DNA of 63,092 nt, the filler included, from Reclinomonas americana ATCC 50394 (Eukaryota): assembly GCA_048213135.1 (NCBI GenBank). It is 26 parts of 26 records of this genome, joined end to end, with 100 filler letters (N's around TTAATTAATTAA, not from the genome) between each part and the next. Parts side by side here need not be neighbours in the genome. Positions count along the whole stretch, not along the records: positions 10,654 to 12,368 come from AFZH01024782.1; positions 12,469 to 13,933 come from AFZH01024783.1; positions 14,034 to 15,393 come from AFZH01024784.1; positions 15,494 to 18,316 come from AFZH01024785.1; positions 18,417 to 20,347 come from AFZH01024787.1; positions 20,448 to 22,377 come from AFZH01024788.1; positions 22,478 to 24,231 come from AFZH01024791.1; 19 more parts are not named here. One strand, written 5' to 3'. The notes under the pieces were generated by a model. The model worked only from the letters and a program-made list of their open reading frames with translations, ran no database searches and was not told the origin of the DNA. A program made the position numbers and the translations under genes. Of the stretch, positions 11,817 to 22,900 are shown piece by piece (position 1 is the stretch's first letter; each line of letters begins with the position of its first letter).

Positions 11817-12368
11817 ATGCGGATCGCCATCCTCTCCGACATCCACGCCAACCGCGAGGCGTTCGAGGCGGTGCTGGCGGCCGTGCGCCGGCTGGAGCCC
11901 GATCGGCTGGTGCTGCTCGGCGACATCGTCGGCTATGGCCCCGAGCCCGGTTTCTGCGTCGATGCGGCGCGCGAGCTCGTCGCGGCCGGCGCGATCGCGA
12001 TCCGCGGCAACCATGACGAAGCCGCGGTGCACGGCTCATCCGGCATGACGCCGAATGCCCATGAGGCGGCGCTCTGGACCAAGGGACAGCTCAACGCCGA
12101 GCAGAGCGCTTTCCTGGATGATCTGCCCCTGACGGTGGAGCTCGACGGCGTGCTCTTCGTCCATGCCAGCGCCCGCGATCCTGCCGCCTGGCACTATGTC
12201 CGCGATCTCCGCAGCGCCGAGGCCTGCCTCGCGGCGACGGACGCCGCGACGATCATCTGCGGCCACACCCATCTGCCGACGATCTTCTACGCCAGGGCCG
12301 GACGCGAGCCGGTGGCGTTCATCCCCTTGCGCAACGTGCCGGCGCCGCTTTCGGCCGTGCACCGGCAT
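11817..12368 (+). CDS. Metallophosphoesterase (3' truncated)
   Basis: SDIHAN, LGDIVGYG, RGNHD, VHAS and GHTH motifs. Confidence 0.92.
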
Positions 12369-12468
12369 NNNNNNNNNNNNNNNNNNNNNNNNNNNNNNNN
12401 NNNNNNNNNNNNTTAATTAATTAANNNNNNNNNNNNNNNNNNNNNNNNNNNNNNNNNNNNNNNNNNNN

Positions 12469-13747
12469 CATTCGAATTTAAAAGTTTTCCGAACACAAAA
12501 AAAAAATCCACAACCCGAAGCAGACCAGCACACGCTACGCCGTCTTCACACGTTTAATAGTGAGTCCTTGCGCCATTTAGCGCCAGCACCGCCGCAATCC
12601 GCTTCGGCATAGATTCCGCGAGTTTTCGCAAGAGACGTTTTGGAATTTTCGCCCACTCGTCGAAAATCGCCGCCTCATGTTCTGCCACCGTTCTCGTCTC
12701 CCGGTCCTTTACACGCTTGCCCACGTACGACCAGAGGTTCTCGATGGGGTTGAGGTCGCAGCTGTTGGGTGGCCACGGCATGGCGACGATGCCTTTGGCC
12801 TCGAGAACTTCCGAAACCAATTTCGCCTTGTGACAGGGGGCATTGTCGTGAAGCAAAATCCACTTCCGCGCTCCAAACACCTCCTCGGCAAAGTCGCTCA
12901 GCTCGGTGTCCACGATCTGGGAGTACAGCAGGGCGTCCATGGTGCCCTCGCTGTTGGCGCGGTATTTCACCAGGGGAGCGGCGGCAGTCGAGCAAAAGCA
13001 ACCCCAGGCCTGCATGCTTTTCGAGTGAAGCGGAACATGCTGAGTCACATGAACGTGCCTCGAGCACCACCCATACCGACACTCTCGCTCCAGGATCCAC
13101 TTCTTCTCGTCGGCGAAGGCCACCTGATGCCACCACGCCCTCGGCTTGTCCTTGTAAGCCTCAGCCCACTCCACCCGCAGTCGTTCATGACGGGGAGTCA
13201 AATCTTGCACCGGATTTTCTTTCTTCCACTTGTTGTCTGCCTCATGCAGTCGCCGCCGCAGAGTGCTGGCGGAGACACGCATCCTCCTCTTGCCCTTGAC
13301 CTTGGCCGCCAGTCCCTCTGCGCTGAGCCCGAAGTGTGACACAGCGGCGTTCACGAGAGCACGATCTTGATCAGGTGTGGTGGCACGCGGACGCCCGCTT
13401 CTTGGCACATTTCCAAGATCAAAGTGTTCTGCTTTCTTCAGCCATGCGCGGACAGTGCTGTGGTGGACGTTGAACCTCCTGGCCGTTGCCATGATGCTGC
13501 CGCCCTTCATGCAGTGCGTGACAACCTCCCATCGCTCCTGGGGGCTGAACTCTCTCTTTCCGCGCGCCATGTCCACAGATATCCGACTCGCGCGCACGGA
13601 AATGACTCACAGCGCGGGAACGGCGTTTTCAGCGTTGTCCGGACAATCCCGCGCGAGCGTTTGCGCGCAAAAAAACAACGTTGACGCATGCACACGCGGA
13701 AAAAAACGTGTAACGGAAAACTTTCGGAATACTTTTGACGCCGAATG
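12469..13747 (-). mobile_element. Tc1/mariner DNA transposon, apparently full length
   Basis: Imperfect TIRs CATTCG-n5-AAAAGTwTTCCGAA at both ends; TA at 13748-13749; intact transposase ORF. Confidence 0.85.
12554..13570 (-). CDS. Tc1-like DD34E transposase
   Basis: HTH + GRPR linker; FADE, HDNAPCH and DLNPIENLW with 34 residues between the second D and E. Confidence 0.95.
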   Translation of the reverse strand: MARGKREFSPQERWEVVTHCMKGGSIMATARRFNVHHSTVRAWLKKAEHFDLGNVPRSGRPRATTPDQDRALVNAAVSHFGLSAEGLAAKVKGKRRMRVSASTLRRRLHEADNKWKKENPVQDLTPRHERLRVEWAEAYKDKPRAWWHQVAFADEKKWILERECRYGWCSRHVHVTQHVPLHSKSMQAWGCFCSTAAAPLVKYRANSEGTMDALLYSQIVDTELSDFAEEVFGARKWILLHDNAPCHKAKLVSEVLEAKGIVAMPWPPNSCDLNPIENLWSYVGKRVKDRETRTVAEHEAAIFDEWAKIPKRLLRKLAESMPKRIAAVLALNGARTHY

Positions 13748-13779
13748 TATATAGAATCTCATCATCGAAGAAACAAACA

Positions 13780-14140
13780 CATGATCAAACCAGAAAAAAA
13801 GATGGAAAGAAGAACAATGAGAACAGGAATGACAGCTTCTGTTATGAAATCCATGCTTTTTGTAAGTGCCAGAATCAAACCAAGAGAATGACTGGTCATG
13901 TGGCGAAGGAGGTTTGTATTGTTGGTCATATGGNNNNNNNNNNNNNNNNNNNNNNNNNNNNNNNNNNNNNNNNNNNNTTAATTAATTAANNNNNNNNNNN
14001 NNNNNNNNNNNNNNNNNNNNNNNNNNNNNNNNNCATGATCCAACCAGAAAAAAGATGGAAAGAAAAACAATGAGGACAGAAATGACAGCTTCTTTTATTC
14101 AACATCTGCATGAAGTCCATGCTCTTTGTAAGTGCCAGCA
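13780..14140 (+). repeat. Dispersed AT-rich repeat shared by two separate contigs (about 13780-13875 and 14034-14140)
   Basis: Near-identical CATGATCmAACCAGAAAAAAGATGGAAAGAA...GACAGCTTCT...TGTAAGTGCCAG. Confidence 0.75.
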
Positions 14141-16112
14141 ATAATAAATGAGATCAACCAAAAAGAAACGTAACAGAGATAACGATTTCTTTTTCGGATT
14201 TCACCGTCACGAAATCAAGATCAGAACGATTCATAAATTCCCTCACAACAAGGCAGCCTCGGCCATTTCGTACTTTTTGGTACTGAAAACGTGATATCTT
14301 GGCTTCAAAGTGTTCACTCAGCGTGGTGATCACCAGGCAACATTGGTGCAGACACACACACGAGAAACCTGCTGCTGCCACAAGACTGGTGCCTGTGTTG
14401 ATGATTTGGATATGGTTGAAATCGGCCATCAACGCGGCTGATGCTTGTTTGTTGGTGAATGAATTTGTGGTCGTTGAAGAGAAAAAATACTCGTCAGTGT
14501 GCGACAGGGCGAAACAAACAAGCTTCAAACCGTTCTGTTTCGTTGTATGCGAAATGCGCACCATCAACTGCAAAGATAGTTTAAAACAGGGGAGTTGGAA
14601 AGGAAACTATACACCAGAATGATGTGGACACGTAAAGAAGCGGAAACGTGCATCGACATGTTTGAAAACACAAAAGTCAAGGAACAGAGCACCGAAGACG
14701 GGAACTGATGCAACAGAGTGACGAGCGAGACGGCAAAGAGCAGCAAACAGGTTCTCAAAAGAAAAATCTACAGCCAGGAAAGAAACCGGACATGAAGCAA
14801 ACCGAACGAAACAATACTGGACGAATGGGTCTCCACACACATCAAATCGTCATGACAACCATAGAATCTTGAAGCGCGTGCATTTTCGCAGAGGATTCTA
14901 ACATCAGAAACGGATGGTAGAAAACACGAGAATGCACCAGGAAAAGACACAATGGCAGCTGCTCATCGACCACGGAAACAAACGACAAGGCCGAAACAGG
15001 ATGCAAGGACTCACACGACAACACTAATTACAATCGATTGCATCACATAAACAGAAAAAGCGCGCAACGACATACACAGCAGCACAAAAATCGACTGTAA
15101 TGAACCGAACAAAAATAGAACCGGCAATATCGGGCGAATGATGGACCAATTCTGCAAGATAAACAACACATTAAGTAGCGCCTACAGCGATGCATATAAC
15201 ACGCAAGAGATCAACATAGGGTCAGGGGCCGTACAGGCACAGCAAGCGACCCTCCAAGCAGACTTCGACAACAAGACGTCCAAGGACTGCGAGCTCGCTC
15301 GGAACCGATCGCGGAGGGCAGGACTCGTGATTTTTTGTTGCGAGACGCAACGGCGGAAGGTCAAGGGCCGAGGGTCGTGGCCCGGGGGTCAAGNNNNNNN
15401 NNNNNNNNNNNNNNNNNNNNNNNNNNNNNNNNNNNNNTTAATTAATTAANNNNNNNNNNNNNNNNNNNNNNNNNNNNNNNNNNNNNNNNNNNNGACGAAA
15501 CACGGTCACTCGCTCACTCGCTCGTGCATGCACGATCACACGCCACCCACACCACTGATGCTTTGCTCGTGCATCAGCGCATCACACAACACAACAGAAG
15601 AAGAAGAAAGAGCGACTCGGGTGCGGGGGACAAATGATGCGACGTTGGACAACGTGTGTGCGTCTCTTCTCCCTCTCCTTGCTGGTATTCATCGCAGAGG
15701 CAGTAGGTGCAGGAGAGTAAGATGCAACGAGCTGATGCATTCATTGCGCCACCACGACAGCCACCACCACAGCCACCCAGTCCGCGACGATCGTGGTTCC
15801 CGAATCAATCGGCATTCACGCCACACTGCAGACCAAGGACGGACGCAAAAGCCACAGAGGAGGAGGAAGAGATGGATGGAGCGGCGCTGTGCCAATCTCC
15901 TTGCACCGCATGAACATCGACTGCGGCCGATGGGAGAGAGAGAAAAGCAAGGAAGGCGACGGAGTAGAAAGTCTGACATCCCGCTCATTGCAGCAGAGGG
16001 GGGGATGTGGGGAAGGGGAAGGGGAGAGAGCTCAAGGAGAAAGTCGAGAGGTTGAGAGTGGGAGGAGGAGGAGGATGGCGAGTGAGGAAAACAAACCAGC
16101 ATGAACAAGCAT

Positions 16113-16153
<41 letters not shown>

Positions 16154-16339
16154 CAATCTTTCTCACTCTCTCTCTCTCACACACACACATGCAGTTGCAA
16201 TCGACGGCGGTTATTGCGAAGGAAGAAAACGACAAGCAGCGTGTCGCAATGCCGCGTGCGGTCTGCATGCAATACGCTCCTGTTTGACGAGCCAGGCATG
16301 ACTGTCCATGGATCGATGGTGAGAAACGGAGAGCGAGGG

Positions 16340-17050
16340 AGGAGAAGGAACAATGCAACAGGGACAACGCACAGAGACGTCCGAGCCTTGCGATGCATGC
16401 ACCGGCGATGGTGGGAGACAGGGAGAGAGACAACTCTCCATTTGAGCAGGATCACGGATCGTGCTGCTGAACAGACGTCGACACAATGAATGAATGAGTG
16501 AGGAGAGCGAGGGAGGGAGAGAAGGAACAATGCAACACGGACAACTCACAGAGACGTCCAAACCTTGCGATGCATGCACCGGCGATGGTGGAGACAGGGA
16601 GAGAGACAACTCTCCATTTGAGCAGGATCCGGATCACGGATCGAGCTGCTGAACAGACACAATGAATGAACGAGTGAGCGAGGAGAGCGAGTGAGGGGGG
16701 AAAAGGAACAATGCAACAGGGACAGCACACAGTAACGTCCGAACCTTGCGATGCATGCACCGGCGATGGTGGAAACAGGGAAAGAGACAACAATCCATTT
16801 GAGCGGGGGATCACGTGCACGGATCGTGCTGCTGAACAGACACAATATATTAATGAATGAATGAGTGAGTGAGCGAGGAGAGAGAGGGAGGGAGAAGGAA
16901 CAATGCAACGGGGACAACTCACAGAGACGTCCGAGCCTTGCGATGCATGCACCGGCGATGGTGGGAGACAGGGAGAGAGGCAACAATCCGTTGGAGCAGG
17001 ATCACGAATCGAGCTGTTGAACAGACACAATGAATGAATGAATGAGCGAG
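16340..17050 (-). repeat. Tandem array of four units of about 180-190 bp, each resembling an exon plus intron
   Basis: Core CCTTGCGATGCATGCACCGGCGATGGTGG recurs four times; each unit has a CAG acceptor and GT donor on the minus strand. Confidence 0.85.
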
Positions 17051-17689
17051 TGAGGCAGACGCGGTTGATTTCCCATGCACACCCCACGGCGCACATACGC
17101 ACGTACCTCCAAAAGATGCCAATGTCGCCACATCCAGCAGGTCATCTTCTTTTCTCCTTCTCCTCCTCCTCCTGAAGGAGAAGACGATATCGATGAGATG
17201 GCACAACAGCAATGACTGAGGGCCGATAACAAAATTCGGTGGAGGCGAATTGGGATCAATAATCGTCCGGATGGAGGAGGTGGAGGCGCGAGTCGCGCTC
17301 CATGAGTGTCTCTTGCATCATCAACCAGAGCGCCTGTGCGAGCAAGAAACCAAACTGATGAGCGAGAGCACGCAGCGTGAGAAGAGAGCTCGAGAAAAAG
17401 AGAGAAACAGGACGATGGGCTGCTGCGGTGTGGAGGTTTCTCTTTTCTTACTCTCTTTAACGACCAGTCTTTCTCTCTCTGTCTCACTCACACCGACACC
17501 GCTTCTTGCGTCAAGTACACGAAGATCGATCTTCCTTCTGTGTTCTGCAAGCCAACGGCTCAAAACGGCAACAACAGCAACCACACACACACGAAAACAT
17601 TCACTCTCGTTGCGCATCGGCAGAATAGAAAACGGGACAAGCGGCGCGCGGACAGCACGGCCGTGAGAACAAAGTGAGTGGAGAGAGAA

Positions 17690-18260
17690 GAGAGAAGAGA
17701 AAGAGAGTAGGGATGACGAATGAGGGAAGGAAGAGTGAATAAAGAAAGGATGGAGAAGGAAATGAGTGGGGAAAGAAAAGGAAAGGGAGTGGCAGGAGAA
17801 GAAAAAGAGAAAGAGGCGAAGAAGGAGCAGAGGGAAAGGAATGGGGGAGGAAAAAGAGAGCGGGAGTGGGAAGAGGAAGAAAGAGAGAAAGGAGCGAAGA
17901 AGGAGCAGAGGGAAAGGAATGGGGGGGAAAAAGGAAAGGGAGTGGCAGGAGAAGAAAAAGAGAAAGAGGCGAAGAAGGAAGGGATGCAGAGGGAAAGGAG
18001 CGCGCGAGGAAGAGGAAGAGAGGGAGCGGCAGGAGAAGAAAAGGGAAAGAAGCAAAGAAGGAAAGGATGCAGAGGGAAAGGAGCGCGCGAGGACGAGGAA
18101 GAAAGCCGAAACGATAGACAGAGAAAGAAGGCAAGAAAATGTGCACGTGAATGGCGGTGATGTGCAACGATAGAGGAAAGAAGAGAGGCGCGTGGTAGGA
18201 GAGCAAGGGAGACAGGTAGAAGAGAGAGAGAAAAAAGGTGGCGTGAGAGAGATAAAGTCG
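17690..18260. repeat. Purine-rich low-complexity tract with about 100-bp tandem units
   Basis: Repeated GGCAGGAGAAGAAAAAGAGAAAGAGGCGAAGAAGGA. Confidence 0.8.
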
Positions 18261-18416
18261 AGAAAGGAAAGGAAGGAGCGTGATCAGCAAACGGCCGATA
18301 ATCACCGCCACACACTNNNNNNNNNNNNNNNNNNNNNNNNNNNNNNNNNNNNNNNNNNNNTTAATTAATTAANNNNNNNNNNNNNNNNNNNNNNNNNNNN
18401 NNNNNNNNNNNNNNNN

Positions 18417-18768
18417 CCGCATTGCGCTTGGCGGTGAGCGCCAGCCGCAGATCCGTCTCGTCGACCCGCAGAAGCGGCTGTCCCGCCTTCACGGACTGTC
18501 CGACATTGACCAGCCGCTCAACCACCTTGCCCGGAACCCGAAAGCCGAGATTGCTCTGGACGCGTGCCGCGATGATGCCCGTGAAGCGCCTGTCGGCGCC
18601 CATGACCGGGCTCGCCGCCGACACGCGGACGATCGGTGGCTCCAATCGAGGATCTACGGCAGCCGAAGGAGCGGGTTTGTGCCCGATCAGCAGAACGGCT
18701 CCGCCGATTCCGGCGGCGGCCACGATGCCCCCGACTGCGAGCAGGGCGAACCGGGATTTCCTTGTCAT
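18417..18768 (-). CDS. Efflux RND transporter periplasmic adaptor subunit (3' truncated)
   Basis: N-terminal TM anchor; GIIAARVQSNLGFRVPGKVVERLVNVGQSVKAGQPL. Confidence 0.92.
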
Positions 18769-18781
18769 GGCGCTTGCCAAA

Positions 18782-18830
18782 TAGATTGCGTATGACATCT
18801 ATGACTGTTATAGAGTTCGAACGCAATCTA
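18782..18830. promoter_or_regulatory. Paired palindromic TetR operator sites between divergent genes
   Basis: TAGATtgcgtatgacATCTA (18782-18801) and TAGAgttcgaacgcaaTCTA (18811-18830); outer 10 bp form a perfect inverted repeat. Confidence 0.75.
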
Positions 18831-18846
18831 ATTTTTGGAGCACAGA

Positions 18847-19416
18847 ATGCGGGTCTCCCGGGAGCAAGCGGCACAGAACAGGGAGCGGGTGATCGAGACG
18901 GCGAGCCGGCTCTTTCGCGAGCATGGCTTCGACGGCATCGGTCTCAAGGACCTGATGGCGGGCGCCGGCCTGACGCAGGGTGGCTTCTACAAGCAGTTCG
19001 CGTCGAAGGACGAACTGGCCGCACTGGCGTCGCGGCAAGCGATCGCCAGTACGGCCGAGCGCTGGTCGTTGGCCGCCGCTTCTCGGCCGGATGACCCGCT
19101 CTCGGCAGTCGCGGAATTCTACCTCAGCCCTGAACATGTCGCGGCACGCGCCGAAGGATGCGCGTTCGTCGCGCTCGCATCCGACGCGGCACGGCAGGGC
19201 CCGGAGGTAAAGGCCGAGTTCGAGGCCGGCATCCGCGCGAACCTCGACATGATCGCAAGCCTGTCCGCGGAAGAAGATCGTGACGCTCTTCTGGCGAAGG
19301 TGTCGATGATGGTCGGAGCCGTCATGCTGTCGCGGACGGTCAACGACGAGACGCTGGCGCGCCAGATCCTGAATGCGGCTGGCTCCCAGATCGCCGCCCA
19401 TGCGAAGCCGTCCTGA
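18847..19416 (+). CDS. TetR/AcrR family transcriptional regulator
   Basis: ASRLFREHGFDGIG..DLM..AGLTQGGFYKQFASKDEL HTH. Confidence 0.95.
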   Translation: MRVSREQAAQNRERVIETASRLFREHGFDGIGLKDLMAGAGLTQGGFYKQFASKDELAALASRQAIASTAERWSLAAASRPDDPLSAVAEFYLSPEHVAARAEGCAFVALASDAARQGPEVKAEFEAGIRANLDMIASLSAEEDRDALLAKVSMMVGAVMLSRTVNDETLARQILNAAGSQIAAHAKPS

Positions 19417-19454
19417 ATGCGGCTGGCTCCCAGATCGCCGCCCATGCGAAGCCG
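19367..19454 (+). repeat. Exact 44-bp tandem duplication at the tetR 3' end
   Basis: 19367-19410 is identical to 19411-19454. Confidence 0.95.
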
Positions 19455-19480
19455 TCCGGCGGCAAGCAGGAGGGCGTGCA

Positions 19481-20347
19481 GTGAGCGCCGCGGAAGCGGC
19501 GCTCGACGGACCGCCGCAGGCTTCCCAAACGGGCCTCGACCCGCTTCGATCCGAGGCCCGCGAAGTCAGCGGCCCTATCGTCCTGCTGCTTGCGGGTTTG
19601 GCCGCCATCGGCACGCTGGCGACGAACATTATCCTCCCGGCTTTTCCACGCATGTCGGCCGAGCTTGGCCTGACGGGCACCCAGCTCGGGCTTCTCCTCA
19701 GCAGCTTCTTTCTCACCTTTGCTCTGGGCCAACTGATCGTCGGCCCGCTCTCGGATCGTTTCGGAAGAAGGACGCTGGTTCTCGGCGGCCTCGCCATCTT
19801 CCTGGCGGGAAGCATGATCGCCGCACATGCTGACAACCTGCTGTGGCTCGTGCTCGGACGTGTCGTCCAGGCCATGGGGGCCTGCGCCTCATCCGTGCTC
19901 GCCCGCGCCATCGCGCGCGATCTGTTCCAGGGCGAGACGCTCGGGCGGGTGCTGTCTCTCACCATGATCGCCGGCGCCGTCGCGCCCGGGTTCTCGCCGC
20001 TTCTCGGCAGCGTCCTCGTCGATCTGTCGGGCTGGCGGGCGAGCTTTCTTTTCGTCGCCCTCTGCGCGGCGGCACTCGCGCTGCTCTACATGCGTCGGGT
20101 CGGTGAGACCCATCCGGTTGACGCCAGGAGCACGCTCGCGCTCGGGAGCGTGACGGCCACCTATCGGTCCCTCCTGGTCGACGGTCGCTTCCTGTTGCCG
20201 GCGCTCTCGGTCAGCATGGTGCTGGGCGGCTTGTTCAGCTTCTTTGCCGCGGCGCCCGGCATCCTGATGGGTCAGCTCGGACTGACGCCGCTTCAAATGA
20301 GTCTATCCTTTGCGGCGACGGTGCTGATCGTGTTTGCGGCCGGGCTC
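19481..20347 (+). CDS. Bcr/CflA-family multidrug MFS transporter (3' truncated)
   Basis: GTG start after AGGAGG; LPAFP, GPLSDRFGRR motif A, GRVVQAMG, ARAIARDLF. Confidence 0.92.
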
Positions 20348-20447
20348 NNNNNNNNNNNNNNNNNNNNNNNNNNNNNNNNNNNNNNNNNNNNTTAATTAAT
20401 TAANNNNNNNNNNNNNNNNNNNNNNNNNNNNNNNNNNNNNNNNNNNN

Positions 20448-22059
20448 TTTCTCGGCTTCGAATCGTGGGAGATTGGTCCTGAGGCTCTCACGTCGTTCGG
20501 TCTGGATGCTCAAGTGTGCAAGATCGCTGCACGTTTTTCTGGTGACGGCAGGACGGAGATTGTTGGTTCGAGGCCGGGACATACATTTGCCATTCGTGAC
20601 TTGGGTGGAGCGGCTGCAGACTCGCTGATTGCGTTCCTCAATCGGCTCGGTGTCAACGCCAGCGAGGATGTGCGTATCAAGCTCTTTGCCAAGTGCAACA
20701 TACGTGGCACTACGTTCTTTGCCGAGGCCCATCCAACTGCCAAGGGCTCGAAATTCGGGTGGACGGTTGAGCAGTGCGCTGCAGAGGCGATTGCACAGAG
20801 TGGGCGAACTCTGGATAGCTTTCGGCAGGAGCTGGCTCGGGCGGAGTCGGGCTCCCGCGTTGGCGGCATCAGCGACTTGACGGACAGACACGAAGAGTCC
20901 AGCGCTCGTCCAGCGTTGGTGTTGCCAGGTGAGGAGTAGCCGCACTTTAGCTTGCTTCTTTCAACCGAGAGATGTTTGTAACAATACTGAACGTGTGTGG
21001 TCGCTCGCAGACTTTGACGTGAACGGCGACGAGGTACAACATGACATGGACGAGGCCGAGGGCGAAGGCCATGCTGTGGACGCGTTTGACCATGGATATG
21101 GCGTGCCTTCCGACGCGAGTCATTCCATTGGCGCGCTCCCGTCCGCCGGTATTGGCGTCGCCGCCAGTCTCGGTAGTCGTCAGGTCGACGACGCTGGTTA
21201 TGGATCTGATCGCCTGTCCACTGTACGGCCCGTCGCCGCCGCTGGTGTGGGAGCCGCTGGTACCAGTCAGCCGCAGCCCGCTGCTCGTGCTCGTCGACGG
21301 CAGCCACAAGCTACAGTGCCGCAGGCACCGTCGCCGCAATTGGGCTTACCATCAGCGGTTCACGACAACGTCCGCGGGCAGGACGACGCCGGCCGGCACA
21401 GTGCTACTGCTGGAACCACGGGCACGGCCGGAGGTGCTGCTGGTCGAGCTGGCAATGTCGGCGGCTTGTACGACGGCGACGTGGCCGAAGGACTCCGAGG
21501 GTGGCATGTTCGGGTCTTCCACGTGCGCTACTTTGTTCAGGTGACGGTTCCGCAAACACTGTTTGCTCGGCTACGAGGGACGACGAGTCGTAATCACAGT
21601 GTTCCTCTGGACGGCGTCTTCCACTACATCTTGGCTTGTGTCGACTTCCTTGACCCGCCGCCGCGGGTTGGCCAGCAGCAGCGTGCGCGGATACCAGACC
21701 ACCTTCCTGGCACCCTCAGCGACGTAAGTGGTGCATTTCGGACTGTCAACGCACTTCCGATTGTCATGCTGGAGAATCTTCGCAAGCCCATGTGTCAGCG
21801 CCCCACCGGCGAAGCGAATTTTGTGCCGGTTCAGCATCTTCTCGGCAATTTGACTGTACAACCACTTTCGCCGCTGTCATCTGCGCCCGCATCGTTGGCG
21901 GACTACAAGCCGGTTCCTGCGCTTCATACTGATGCAGTAGCCGCCGCAGCGGCCGCTGTCGGTGGTTCAAGGGGCAGCGAGGCGGCGCGCCAATCGCAGG
22001 GAGTGCAAGTGGGTGTTGTTCTCGACTACAAGTCGACCATTCCGCTTACGTTCGCATGA
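20448..22059 (+). mobile_element. Spliced ORF, possibly the C-terminal part of a CACTA/CMC-like transposase (5' truncated)
   Basis: Intron 20929-21010 joins two ORFs in frame; pattern VRYFVQV...HYILACVDF...FVPVQHLLG recalls fungal CACTA-type transposase tails; catalytic domain not visible. Confidence 0.35.
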
Positions 22060-22094
22060 CGTGCGAGGAGGACATGTCGGTGCCGGCAGCGGGC

Positions 22095-22138
<44 letters not shown>

Positions 22139-22197
22139 TGTGTGGGAGACAGGAGGCCACCAGTGCCTGCTGCATGCTGCCAGTCGAGTATGTACGG

Positions 22198-22377
22198 CTG
22201 CTGCCTTGTGTGTTTGTTGGGTGAGTGTGCGGGAAGGGGGAGGAGTGGAGTGAGATGTTGTATGCGAGGCGCGACTGCTGCCTTGTGTGTTTGTTGGGCG
22301 AGTGTGCGGGAAGGAGGAGGAGTGGAGAGATGTTGTATGTGCGGCGCGACTGCTGCCTTGTGTGTTTGTTGGGCGAG
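22198..22377. repeat. About 76-bp tandem repeat
   Basis: CTGCTGCCTTGTGTGTTTGTTGGG at about 22198, 22275 and 22350. Confidence 0.85.
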
Positions 22378-22521
22378 NNNNNNNNNNNNNNNNNNNNNNN
22401 NNNNNNNNNNNNNNNNNNNNNTTAATTAATTAANNNNNNNNNNNNNNNNNNNNNNNNNNNNNNNNNNNNNNNNNNNNAAAAAGAGAGAGAGAAGAGGTTG
22501 ACCTTTCTCCTCACACACACA

Positions 22522-22570
<49 letters not shown>

Positions 22571-22900
22571 TCACTCACTCACAGAGAGAGAGAGAGATTA
22601 GGCGCGCCTTATCCAAGAGATAGGCAACTGCAGGCGCGCCTATGCAGTCACCTTTCTCTAACTCACTCACCTCCCCGTCTCTCATTCCCTCACTTACTCA
22701 CGCACTCGCTCGCTCACTCACTCACTCACTCGCTCACTCTCTAACGCACTTACTCACTAACGCACTCACTCAGCACTCACTCACTTTATCACCACAGCAC
22801 ACTCTTGTCTCTCTCTCTCTCTCTCACTCACTCACTCACTCTCCTCTCCCTCCCTCTTCCCTCTTCCCTCTCCCCTCTCTCTCTCTTGTGCCCTTTGCAG

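Noticed and set aside
15180..15393. GC-rich end of the contig as a retroelement 3' end
   Set aside because: Too short; no diagnostic motif
16340..17050. CRISPR array
   Set aside because: Units are about 180 bp and the spacers are homologous to each other; eukaryotic context with no cas genes
17321..18315. Long F/S/L/P- or E/K/R-rich ORFs here and at 5918-6328 and 61620-62015
   Set aside because: Translations of purine/pyrimidine low-complexity DNA
20929..20950. 22-nt micro-intron GTGAGG...TTTAG
   Set aside because: It would also keep the frame, but the 82-nt intron ending at 21010 fits this genome's typical intron size
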